From Phoronis australis (lineage: Eukaryota > Animalia > Phoronida): 64,000 bases of DNA. Location: NCBI GenBank assembly GCA_002633005.1, contig NMRA01000099.1, forward strand, positions 761,633 to 825,632, given 5' to 3'. The translations under genes and the position numbers were made by a program. Positions 50,901 to 61,405 of the stretch are shown here, piece by piece (the first letter of the stretch is position 1; every line of letters starts with the position of its first letter). The notes beneath the pieces are model-generated. The model ran no database searches and had not been told where the DNA came from. It was given only the letters and a program-made list of their open reading frames with translations.

Positions 50901-53900
50901 AGTTCAGCAAAAGTCGCCATGTTGTCGGTGCCGCCAGAAATGAGACGAAGTCCAACGGGAATGAGTAACAACTGCGAGGCTGAAATTTGGTGAACACTGT
51001 TAAATCGTGCAGAATAGTAAGTAAAGATATGTTTAACTAAATTTCACCGTAATTTGTTGGCGAAAACAATTTACACAAAGTTTTTAACTCGTAACTTATC
51101 CCGCTGTCCTCCAATATGGCCGACGCGATCCAAACAAATTGACCCCGAAATTTCGCTACAAAACTTGCAATAACTTTACACTGCTTGCCACGATTTTGAT
51201 ACTTTTTCGATTTTTACTGAGTAGAATGTACTACCTTTCCGATGATAGCAAAGTACTTTTTCAAAACGAGAAAAAAAATAATAAAACCGAAAAAAAATTG
51301 GTTCGACCCATATTGGTTCCTAGGTTCGACCCATATTGGTTCCTAGGTTCGACCGGCCTACGTAAGTAACTAAACACCAATGCTATTTTAACATACTAAG
51401 TACGCGTAACATTCCAAAAAAAATCAACGACCACTAACTACAAACTATAAATACACTACATATGCAAACGAATCACGATATATTACTAATAAAACAAAAT
51501 AATGAAGACTTTTCGAGCAAGCGATAGCACATTCAGTTACAAGGAAAAAATGGCGGCGTTCAGGACAAGTTCCTGAACTGATGAGCCGGAAATGTGGGTA
51601 CGAAAATAACCGATGACAGCCGGTAATTATACGCTCACAGAGAAGGGTCAAATACTGTTAAAAAATCGCTTTTGGCAAGAAAGGCGAAACGAATATAAAG
51701 AAAGGGTGTCGAAAATAAGAATTTATGTAGTAAGTATTTTCGGATACTGGAACCACATGGGCAGTTTGAGAGAAGGACTTTAAAGACATGTTTTTAATGA
51801 CTTTTACCCCCCGACACCAAAATGGAAGCGCCCAACCAAAGGCAAGAGCGCAAAAAATCAACTTGTCATTAGCGCAAGTCGAACATTCTGTCCACATTCC
51901 ATGTGATCAAAAACTTATTTTTTGAACTTTTGATTTGCCTGATGACTTTTTACAAGACGTGATTTTGCTTCATTATTTTGGCAGCTGACCGAGTACCCCT
52001 ATTGTATAATAGCAGTATGGTCGATTGTTGAGCACGTGCTTTGAACAACAGCGGTGCTGACTTTTAACTCAAAAAAGAAATATACAATGTATATAAAATG
52101 TTACATTGTTTAAAGTGTTCAATTAGAAGACTTGTCAATCATAAGCAGGGGTTTGGTTGCCTAAACTAAGTTTAAAGTATTCAGTAAGAAGACCTGTCAA
52201 TGACCAGCACGTGCTTGGTTGCCTAAGTGTCCAATGGGAAGCAAATCTTTACACAATCAAGTGCTTCCTTTAAAAATACGCCGCGAACTAGTGATCTGTC
52301 TTTTCTCTGAAGAAATTTGCCCAACTGAACGCACGCCTACCCGTAGGAATACCTTAGTTCTAAGAGATAACCAGCAGCGACCGAGGTACGTAAAAACCCA
52401 ATCACGCTCAGGATCACGACGCCACTGTATTGTACGCGCAGGCCGTTGAAGTCCGTTACTTCAATCCCCCACCTATATTTTAACTGATATGCTTGAAGTC
52501 CGACGTCAGTGCAGATCCGTCAGAGTAAAATCGGTCCTCCATGCTGTAAGCAACAACTCCCGACTTTTCAAAAATTTCGATTTTAACCGCCCATGCTCGG
52601 CTTACCGCCCACCCCGTTTTTTAAGATTCCCAATTTAAGCGCCCTGGGCGGTAACCCGGATGAGTATGGTACCTAAATAAGTACAAACTGCATTATACAC
52701 GGCTTTACATCTAATGTTGCCAAACCACTTGTGCGATTCACAATGTACTTACTGGACGACTGAGGTATGTTTATGGGTTTCGAACTGTACGAAGGCACAG
52801 AGGCAGGGGACAAGAGTTTGTGTGCCGTGGCCTCAGAAGGGCTCTGAAACAGAGACAACAGCCATCTAGTAGTTCCTCTACTCCATGACTAAAATTCATA
52901 CAGAGGCTAACAGGAGTAAGCACTAGAGAAAATACAGTAGCTGAATGAAAATACAGCAATGCCATGAGAGAGAATAGCTTCACATTGAATATGACCACCA
53001 TAGCCCACCGGCAAAACTATGAGCTCACAAATTTTGGAATACCTAACCAAAAAGTTATGATGGCAATGATCATGATGTGGCTATTCACTAGGCAGAACAG
53101 TAAGGATACAAAGCAATTAAGTTTGAAGAACATCAGAGTTTGAGAGGCGAGACTTCAACAAAATCAGAATGTTCTCAAGTACTGTTCCCACTAAAATACA
53201 CTGACTGACAGCAATGAACAAAGGGGGGCATCCTTACTTATAGGGCAAGCAAAAAACGTTCCAAGGTTCACGCGGTTCAAATTTAAACCAGTAGTCTTTT
53301 TCCTATTAAAGCCAATAAACAACACAGTTATTGTCATTTGAAGTGTGTTTTCATTTTCGGGACACACAGTGCTGTTAAACTACCAATTGAAACTAATTTT
53401 TGTATTAATGTGAGTAAAACTGTTAAAATGACACTGAATATTGGAACGTTTTTCGGCTCACCCGATAAAATTACTTTACAATGATACTTCATCAGGTATC
53501 CGGGATTGACCACTGAATCTTCAATAATACTGACCTCGACAACTCCAGCGAGAATACTGGCCACTGTGTCTGCAGTGGACATGTCAGGTGTCGGTGACGA
53601 ATCAGCGGCCAGCATCTTGGCCAGGGTCATCAACCGACCCCCACTGTTGGTGGCCGACTTCTTCGGGGTCAGCTTACTGGTGGAAGCAATTGGTGACGTC
53701 TGTTGGACTGTGGTTGACTGCTGGTCCAATTTTAGTCCAGGGTAAGAACCTACTATGTGACAAGAACATGGAACCATCACATTCACATGAGTTGACAAGA
53801 CCTTATCATTTCAACAGTGGGTACATGATCGCAAAAATCAATTTTTTTAAGGATCATCAATTTATTACACACAAATGAAATTAAGTGAAAGTTTTAAAGT

Positions 53901-56900
53901 TGTAGCAATTCTGAAAGCCCTTCAAGTTTGAAAACTGAAAGAAAAATTCAATTTTGGCCCATACTTAACAGAAATTGAATAAACTTGTCCGTAAACTAAG
54001 CTCAATACAGCAAAATGGCGTCTGATTTCAGGTTGATTTTATATTAACACCACGCTATAGTGAATTATTTTGCAAAACATATCTTTGCCAAAAATTTCAC
54101 AAGAAAAGATGCAGTTCACACGCTTGAAACAAGAATTTCAGTAAAAAAGTAAACCATAACCGGGGAGTTGAACGAAGGAGGAACATCTGACGAGAACATG
54201 ACAAAATGTCAAGGTCACATCACTAGTCGTGTCGCTAATAAGTAAATGTCCCTCTATTTGACATCTCAATAGATCAAGGGCAGAAAGTAGGCCATCACCA
54301 CGGAGCATTCCTGTGATCAGAGCATTTCTGTGGGGAGGTCCCTTGCTTCGATTTCGACACCTAGTAAGTTTCAAGTCAAACATTCCTTTGTCTTTAGACT
54401 ACCCCACGCCATGGCAAGAAGTTACAATGTGAGTGTACAATGCGCTGTTCATTCACAATGAACCCTATGTAACTAGACTTCTACTCGTATGGTGGTCAAC
54501 AATTCATCACAATCCTTAGACTGGAAACAAAGCACAAGGGGGCTCATTTGTGAAGGGCTGAGTAGATAATTAAGCCTAAATGAATGTCGTTGACATTTCA
54601 ATTAGGACCAAATATCAAAAGAAAGGCAAGGAGCAATGGTTCTACTCAAACGACACGTTTCTAGATGTTACTAAATTAAGTGTCCACCAACAAATGGTAA
54701 TCTCACATTCAAACCATCAGTTTGTTTCTGACCCAAAGGGTGCAAGGATGGCATAACCGTGACAAAATTAAGCATAAGGGAAATAGTTAAGTAACAAGAT
54801 GATGGTCCCATCGGGCAGAGTTCACCAAAAAATTGAGAACAGTTTCTCAAAAAATTTACTACTGGAGACCTGAAATATTTATTCTACCATTATATTTGGG
54901 TAATTTTGACCCTATTGCAAGCCTTTTGGCAAAAATGTATACCTCAGCCAGGACTTAGTTGGCAAAAACAGAATCCGAGCAAAAAGAATATCGTTTCATT
55001 AGCACCATACACAGAGGAATGAGAGTGTGCACATGAGCATTTTCACCACAACTGTACAACCACATTTAGAATACCCCACATGTCCAGTTACACACCCATT
55101 TTTGGGTTAATGCTGGCCCTTGAAATTTGCTAATTTTTACTTTTAAATGTATACAATCGAGACTTCCTTGAAAGTGCCGGTGTCTTTGTGAACATGCGTC
55201 TCTCCAGAATTTTAGCTCCCAAAATATACGAAGCTCATTTACTGTTGAACAGCCAACAGTTTTGACGGGACCTTGCCAAACTCATCCAGGGAAATACCCC
55301 TAGTCTCTCGCTAACTTTGGCCGTACGTTACCCTGAATTGGCTGATTTCATAACAACTAAGTGCCAAGTTCACATCCACCCCCTGATTTTTTAGTTCATC
55401 ACATTAAGCACCCTGGGGGTCCACGTTAAATTTATCAATTGAATCATGTTGGAAATGTAAAATTGCACTTTCAACATTTCACAACCTCCACTTACCCGCT
55501 GTGAGCAGTTGCGCAAGACACGAGTTATTTTGGGAAGCCAAGTTCTTCTGCACTGGTACGGAAACGGGAAGTGTCAGTGTTGATGAAGGCACAACAGAGG
55601 GAGTTGGCGGTGCCGGGGCAATTGGTCTCTGCCTGGTGCGAGCGGGCTTACCCTGTAATAAGAGATAACAAAAAATGACGATCCCGATAAAAAATTACTA
55701 TCATTGTAGTTAGCGATTTTATAGTAGTTGAAAGCCAGAGATTGGTGCACAACCTTATTATCAATTGACACTTTAACAAGTTTGAATAATAACCGAAGCA
55801 TGGAAAACTTCGTCACCTGGCCGTGTCTGTATTACCAACGCTCATTAAAACTCAATAGTAATACCAATGGTATGAAGACTACCTCTACTTGTTGAACATA
55901 CTTACAAATGGAACAGCGAAACTATCCTTGTTAGTGGTAGGCGCCGGCTGTATGGCGACGGGGGCCAAAGGCTGGGTGACTGCTACCACGGAGTACGTCG
56001 TCGGGGCGACAGTCACAGGCTGGTAGGTAGTGAAGGCTATGGGCACTGCTGAAGTGAAGTTGTTGGCCTTAGACCACGCCTCCGACAGTAGGTTCTGGTC
56101 AACAGGGAGAGACTCTGCTAGGTCTACAGTGTTCCCAAGCAGATCCCCACCAGCTAGAGAGTCCTAAAGTAATCATCATCATCATCATAAATTAGGTAAA
56201 AATGGCGAACTACGACCAAAACATGACAACCAATGATACTTAAGTATCCCAACATGCAAATAGATCTGGGGGGTCTTTATCTCGGCCACCTTTTGAGAAA
56301 ACTAAACCTCCCACTTTTTTCACCGTTATGTCTCCTACGATCATGATCTTGGATCTAGGAATGACGCAACCCAGTGATAAAAGTGGAAGGACGCACATAT
56401 TTACTAGCTTTACAACTGACACACAGCAAGTAACTTGTTTTATAGAAAAGAATTCCCGCCTTCCTCTGAGTCGGCCAAACTGTACTGCAAACCCTGTAAG
56501 ATATCCACAGCCTTGTCAAACACAACTACAACTCAGCATGTGACAACATTCTACCAAACTATGGAACAACACTATCTGAACGCTTGAATGCAGTTAACTC
56601 GGCAACAATGTCATAGAATTTTCATCGAAAACATAACGCAAAGCAACTAAAATGACAAACCCAATCAAAAATATCTCAACCAATCATATGTTCAGTTTAT
56701 CCACCACATGTTCTAAAGTTATTCCAGCAAAAGAGCCTCTGTGTCCATACTGCCAGCCAGGAATGCGTTATTCAAAAGAGAAGTCCCACAGGTGGATGTA
56801 AAGTGCATTGATGGTTACCTGTAACACTGACGAGGGGCTGTACATATCCAACATGGCACTAGGACTGTTCTGTCCAGTGAAGGTGACTACACTGTTGGTT

Positions 56901-59900
56901 CTGCTCGTGTTAATCATCTCCTGAAGAGGATCCAGTGTGTCCATGAAGTCATCCAGGTTGGGTTGCAGCTGTATTAGGCCGGGTTGGATGAAGTCAGGGT
57001 TAGCCATGTAGTCTGGAAACAACAGGGGAAGTGCTTTAGGGGTGGGAATTAAGGTCAGTTAATCAAAATCAGGACACGAGGACTGCACGCTTCAAACCAT
57101 CATCGCACAAGTCTACAGACCTAACTACAGTTCTAGATAATATACTGAAATCCCTCGCTTTTGGGGCCAAATATCTGCTCCAATCCTGCCTGAAAAACAT
57201 AAAGAAATCACGCGGAATTTGCATGATCAGGAACAAAAATTACCTTCCAATGAATAAAAATTTACCCCCCCCCCGTTTAGAATCACTTTTAACTTGCACA
57301 AACTATTGAATTGGTGCAGACCATTCACATATCATCGGTCATGTTTACACCCTCAATAATATTTTCTCCACCATTTGGAAAAATTAAGCTTTGCTAATAG
57401 GAGGTTTGCAATCTCTAGTTTATACTCAGTCAAGGATGATACTAGTGGAGTGCATGGAATATTATTTCAAGCAAGGTAGCTGATGCACAACTGTTTTATA
57501 GATGTTCCAACTGAGTCAACTTCTTTTGATCAATACAACAAGAAGTACCACTTTAAGGTGTGTGTGCGTGCGTGCGTGTGTGTGTCAACCTTCAAGAAGC
57601 TCTTCACATTTCTTTCAAATAAGCCCTCCTTAATTGTCCGTTTTCAGCCTATACAATTCCCTGGTGAATGAAAGATCTTAATTCATCCTATAAAATTTTG
57701 CACAGCCATTTATTAACACATGGCTGCTTTTTGTGACAAACCTAATTCTTTGATTTGAACATGAATGTCACAACAACCTAAACAGTGGACAGCTAGTTTG
57801 AACCATACTTCCCATATTTTCTTACGGTCAATACCCACAGAAATGTGTCCCTATCAAAGCTTCCCAAGTCAAAGGCCATGTGAAAAGTGGGAAACTTTTC
57901 TGGCAAATCGACCCAAGTCATTGAAAATTCTTGAAAAATCAAAAAGCTTAAAAGTGGCCGTTTCTGAGTTGCCCCGCAATTGAAATCAGTGGAAGTTTTA
58001 TAGTTAATTTCATTCCATATGTGAATATTGCATTGACAATAAACATTTAAAGTCGCTCTACGTGCAGATGCTGCTGGTATTTGTAGCTACAAAGCATATT
58101 TCTTTGCTAGACTTGACAAAACGTTTTTCATCACGGAATACTCACACAGCGCCACTTACTTATCTCTCGAGGGTTCGGGAAGGCAAACGGCTGATTCAAG
58201 CTGCTGAACAGCGTGTCCGAGAAGTCCATCATGAAGTCGTCATCGAACGAGACTGGGTCCTGACTCTTGAATGTCATCGGCATCTGGTCAATCAGCTGCT
58301 GATTGGTCAGGTCACAGCCACCCTGGTTGCGCGCACGCATTTTTTTGAACTTCTCCTTGAAGTAAACTCGCCACTTCTTGTACTCCAGGGTGACCGTGTC
58401 CAGCCGCCGTTTCCAGTACTTGCCCTCCATCACGACAGCCTAAGGGGGAGAGAGTCATACTGGTGGTGAGAAGACAATGTGGAAAATTAGTGACTGCCTG
58501 TCTGGCACATTTGTGACATGACTTGGACCCAGGAATAAGGTAAAAAATCTTGTAGATATTTTTCACATTCGCTTTTGTCATTTTAATTTTATTTGACTAA
58601 GACCAAAAAATCCAAATGATGTTATACTAAACAAGCTTATGAAAGGACAGCGACATCTATCACTTGGGACATCAGAGTGCGTTTTCTGACCTCCGATCCA
58701 GGACCAAAGTTAACTGGTCATACCAACCGAGCAACCCAAAAACACCGATGTTAATGTTAAAGGCTAAAAAGGATGACTGCATTATCTGAGAGACAATAGT
58801 GAAGTATTGAAGTTAGCAGCGATTACTCACCTCTGCGCGCGAGTGGTTGCCCTCCGCATCCAATGGAGCTGAAAACTGACACACAACGGGTCTTCGACTC
58901 TTTATGACTGCAACACAAGTCAAAAAATAAATTAGTCAATGTGAAATGGAAAATTTATTTACTCACGGTTAGAGCATAAATTTTGTCTTGCAACCATATC
59001 ATGTTTCCAACTCTAGAGACTTGGATTAAAACCACGAATTTAAAACTAGTTTAAAATTGAATCTTACAACGAAAAGTTACACGCAAAACTGGCAAAACCC
59101 AGGGCTTATTTCTCTAAGCTCGTACAATTCAAAATCTGTGAGAACAACCATGGTGAATAAAGTTTACCACAAGACGATTCTGTTGCTTTATTTCTTGATC
59201 TGTGCAAAAATGTTTTGCGATGAATGTTGTTTGATTGTAACATGTCGGAATCTTATAATAAAATACTTTTAATTCATTGCCACCAACAATTAACAAGAGC
59301 AACGCAGAGCGTTAAAATGCGTTCATGAATGCACCACATACAGTGTGCTTCTAGGGGTGTTTAGTTGTATCATAAAAATGGCCACTAGATGGCGCAAAAT
59401 ACGTCAAATCCATCCAAAAACTGGTATGTCATCAAAGCTATTTACCAAATTTCATACAAATCTGTCAGGAACTTCTGAGAAACCGAGGAAAACGGAAAAA
59501 AATGAAATTGCCATTAGGAGGCTATGGGCACAAAAAAACACATCTGCCACTAGGAGGCACCACAGTAGTTGAAATCATCGGAAAATCATCGTCAACTGTC
59601 CCCTTCACACTCAGAACATATATGTCAATTTTCACAATCATCCGTAGAGTGAGAGTGGTGTGATGATAGAGGGCGCTTGCCAAAAATAAACTAAAAAAAT
59701 AGAACAAATGGCCACTAGATAGCGCAAAATGTCAAATCCATCGGAAAACAGGAACATCTCATTGTTTCAATAGAAAGCTATTTACCATATTTCATAAAAA
59801 TCCGAGAAACAGTTTCAGAAAAACGGAAAAAAATGAAATTGCCTCTAGGGGGCACAGTGTTAGTTGAAACCGTCTGAAATACGTCATCGTTCGTTGTCAA

Positions 59901-61235
59901 CTTCATATTAATACACTTGCTAAATTTAATAAAGATCCTGCAGAGGGTTTAGGACATACAGCCATGGATAGTAGTCGCGAAGTCATCGGAAAATCATTGT
60001 CAGCTGTCCTCTTCACAATAGGAACATACATGCCAATTTCCACAATCATCCTTAGAGTGGTCTGGTTGACAGAGGGGCAGACGTTAAAAAACTCGAAAAC
60101 AGCAAAAATGGCTACAAGGTAGCGTAAAATACCTCGAATCAATCCGAAAAGTGGAGGATAGCATCACCTCACTAATAGATGGCTATCTGTTGCTAAACTT
60201 TATGAAAATGCGTTGAGGACCTTTGAAGATACAGAGGTAAACGTAAAAAACAAAAATTGCCGCTAGGGGACACACTGGTAGTCCGATCTGTTCGAAGTCA
60301 TCATCATCTGTTGTCAACTTCATACAAATACACTAACAATATTTAATAGAGATCTTGTAGAGCATTTAAGAGACACAGCCATGGGCACAAAAACAAAGAA
60401 AACTGCCACTAGGAGGCGCCACATTAGTCAAAGTAGTCGGAAAATCATCGTCAGCTGCTCTCTTCACAGTAAGAACAACAGTTTGTTTGACAGAGGAAGC
60501 AGACGCCAAAAACAGTAAAAATGGCTACTAGGTGGTGCAAAGTACCTCAAATCCACCCGAAAACAGGAAGATAGCGTCATCTCACTAGTAGATGCCTAAC
60601 TGAAAATCCATTGAGGACCTCCGAAGATACAGAGGTAAACGTAAAAAAATGAAATTGCATCCATTGAGGACCTCCGAAGATACAGAGGTAAACGTAAAAA
60701 AATGAAATTGCCACTAGGAAGCACACCAGTAGTCAGAGAGGTTCAAATTCGTCGTCATCCGTCTTCAGCTTCATAGGAACACATCTGCCAAAACTCATCA
60801 AGATCCTGAAAGGGGTTTAGGAGATATAGCTGCGGACACCGGACGCCCAGACAGAGATGACAGCAATATGCACCCACACATAACGCTAAATATGGGGCTA
60901 CATAAACATAGTTCATTTTGAACGAATAAGAAAGTTTGTATTAGGCACACTTGATTGACTCACCAGTTCTGCAGCGTCAATTGCCTAAGACATCTGATTG
61001 CTTCTCGATGACAACCAATCGGATATCTTAGCCGCTTGACACAGCGGAACCAGTGAAGTCAATCACGTGCAACCATTGTGACCTAAAACAATATACAATG
61101 CTAAGCTTTGCTGTTGCCAAGTTCTTACACTGCATATGCCATTCTCTCCAAATGATGTTGTTAAGTCGTAGTTTGTCTTTTAACATCAACTTGAGCCCCT
61201 TGAACAGCTTAAACTTTGGTGAGGTCAACTTTCCA
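41804..61235 (-). CDS. MLXIP: Mondo/ChREBP-family bHLH-ZIP transcription factor (MLX-interacting protein), 5'-partial, 16 exons, ~717 aa visible
   Basis: Exons splice in frame. They give the Mondo conserved regions (GKLTSPKFK..FKGLKL..KDKLRLNNIIWREW, EGKYWKRR, IQPGL.QLQPNLDDFMD), LAQLLT, bHLH (HITAEQKRRVNIKSGFDML...ISKAQMLQKTAEY), a leucine zipper and the DCD/WMC domain (RTLQDWRFWIFS...AWLDQHCSL). Probably the single pro-orthologue of MLXIP/MLXIPL. Confidence 0.92.
42848..43023 (+). repeat. 48-bp minisatellite, ~3.7 copies
   Basis: GTTATATACAGC(C/T)CTTTATAGACTGCATATACA..AGAAGCCACATA tandem. Confidence 0.9.
43308..44645. mobile_element. Kolobok-like fold-back element with ~313-bp TIRs in the last Mondo intron
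   Basis: AGGC(G/A)AAGGCAACCTTTTTTC termini at TTAA-type sites; 43308..43620 reverse-complementary to 44332..44645; internal THAP relic. Confidence 0.82.
43630..44379 (-). pseudogene. Disrupted THAP-domain transposase N-terminus
   Basis: MPCCSCVPGC...RRFPKDDTLRRT*L (TGA at the conserved Trp, 44277..44275), frameshift, then RVCGKHFLQSDY...RLKKGTIPSL. Further on KFIV../LFGRCQVC...ITLQWECVAAHSGKWDS (CxxC..CxxxH). Confidence 0.8.
44769..44898 (-). CDS. MLXIP: Mondo exon: DCD/WMC domain
   Basis: CTCCTTAAC..gtacag|FSRIIRSLFVSYNNIVSTASMEDLCRSVLAWLDQHCSLVQLRT G|gtgagt. Confidence 0.93.
44899..46084 (-). other. U12-type (minor spliceosome) GT-AG intron of Mondo
   Basis: 5' splice site GTATCCTTT (46084..46076). 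Branch site CTCCTTAAC (44918..44910), ~10 nt before the AG, with no polypyrimidine tract. Confidence 0.92.
45001..46031. repeat. ~490-bp near-identical tandem duplication around a single N (probable assembly overlap)
   Basis: 45001..45492 ~ 45540..46031 with few substitutions; N at 45493. Confidence 0.8.
46085..46208 (-). CDS. MLXIP: Mondo exon: DCD/WMC domain, upstream of U12 intron
   Basis: ctctag|(S)NCQAQLPATGVPVTRQRTDQQQELFEDYVKNRTLQDWRFWI|GTATCCTTT. Confidence 0.93.
46465..46564 (-). CDS. MLXIP: Mondo exon: helix 2/leucine zipper
   Basis: tacag|(T)AEYCRKLKSERSSMQEEADVLRQEIETLKDAI AG|gtgaac. Confidence 0.93.
47066..47153 (-). CDS. MLXIP: Mondo exon: helix-loop-helix
   Basis: ttcag|SGFDMLHTLIPALQQNLTSKISKAQMLQK A|gtaagt. 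Confidence 0.93.
47714..47815 (-). CDS. MLXIP: Mondo exon: bHLH basic region
   Basis: tacag|GYRGARPKSDNYQYKEQRRALHITAEQKRRVNIK|gtaggt. Confidence 0.95.
48325..48378 (-). CDS. MLXIP: Mondo small exon (54 nt, phase 0-0)
   Basis: ttctag|DQASSPTFDLADSPKSSD|gtaagt. Confidence 0.65.
49517..49575 (-). CDS. MLXIP: Mondo small exon (59 nt)
   Basis: tttccag|(R)RKSDPPISSEQFDNADSIL|gtaaga; supplies the required phase 1->0 change. Confidence 0.7.
49759..52669. mobile_element. Tc1/mariner-pogo-type non-autonomous element (~2.9 kb) in a Mondo intron
   Basis: TA|CCGTACTCATCCGGGTTACGGCCCA ... TGGGCGGTAACCCGGATGAGTATGG|TA; subterminal direct repeats GCCCATGCTCGGCT(A/T)ACCGC; no transposase ORF; internal 23-bp tandem at 51300..51354. 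Confidence 0.82.
52753..52843 (-). CDS. MLXIP: Mondo exon (linker)
   Basis: tttcag|SPSEATAHKLLSPASVPSYSSKPINIPQSS A|gtaagt. Confidence 0.75.
53535..53749 (-). CDS. MLXIP: Mondo exon (linker)
   Basis: gtag|(G)SYPGLKLDQQ...ASILAGVVE|gtcagt; phases fit. Confidence 0.75.
55496..55652 (-). CDS. MLXIP: Mondo exon with LxQLLT motif
   Basis: tacag|GKPARTRQRPIAPAPP...NSCLAQLLTA G|gtaagt. Confidence 0.85.
55906..56163 (-). CDS. MLXIP: Mondo exon (P/T/V-rich linker)
   Basis: tttag|DSLAGGDLLG...AIQPAPTTNKDSFAVPF|gtaagt; 258 nt open, phase 0-0. Confidence 0.78.
56819..57012 (-). CDS. MLXIP: Mondo exon (MCR5)
   Basis: ttccag|(N)YMANPDFIQPGLIQLQPNLDDFMDTLDPLQ...SVLQ|gtaacc. Confidence 0.9.
58160..58439 (-). 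CDS. MLXIP: Mondo exon (MCR4)
   Basis: cttag|AVVMEGKYWKRRLDTVTLEYKKWRVYF...SDTLFSSL..PFAFPNPREI A|gtaagt. Confidence 0.93.
58831..58907 (-). CDS. MLXIP: Mondo exon
   Basis: ttgcag|(F)IKSRRPVVCQFSAPLDAEGNHSRAE|gtgagt; matches the PVCxFxxPL motif. Confidence 0.9.
59292..60905 (-). mobile_element. Second HINE of the same family, in a Mondo intron
   Basis: Starts AACAAGAGCAACGCAGAGCGTT (reverse of the 3' end of the 23610 copy); same cores; contains a near-exact ~53-bp tandem duplication at ~60608..60711. Confidence 0.8.
61129..61235 (-). CDS. MLXIP: Mondo exon (MCR3, 14-3-3-binding helix); first visible exon
   Basis: ttcag|(S)GKLTSPKFKLFKGLKLMLKDKLRLNNIIWREWHMQ T|gtaag. Confidence 0.93.
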
Positions 61236-61325
61236 CTGAAACAAAAGAAGCGACGATAGAAGTGAAGAGACACGGCACAGAATATTCTAGCACATAACAA
61301 ATCAGATTTTGATAACTGTCGTCTA

Positions 61326-61405
61326 CAGGGGTCCCGCATTTTGAGAACCACTTTTCTCCACTGAATTCCACTCATCAAACTGGTTCTCAAAATCCGGGAC
61401 ATCTG
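61326..61405. mobile_element. 80-bp mariner-type MITE with TA TSD
   Basis: TIRs CAGGGGTCCCGCATTTTGAGAACCA / CAGATGTCCCGGATTTTGAGAACCA; diverged relative at ~15313..15385. Confidence 0.75.
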
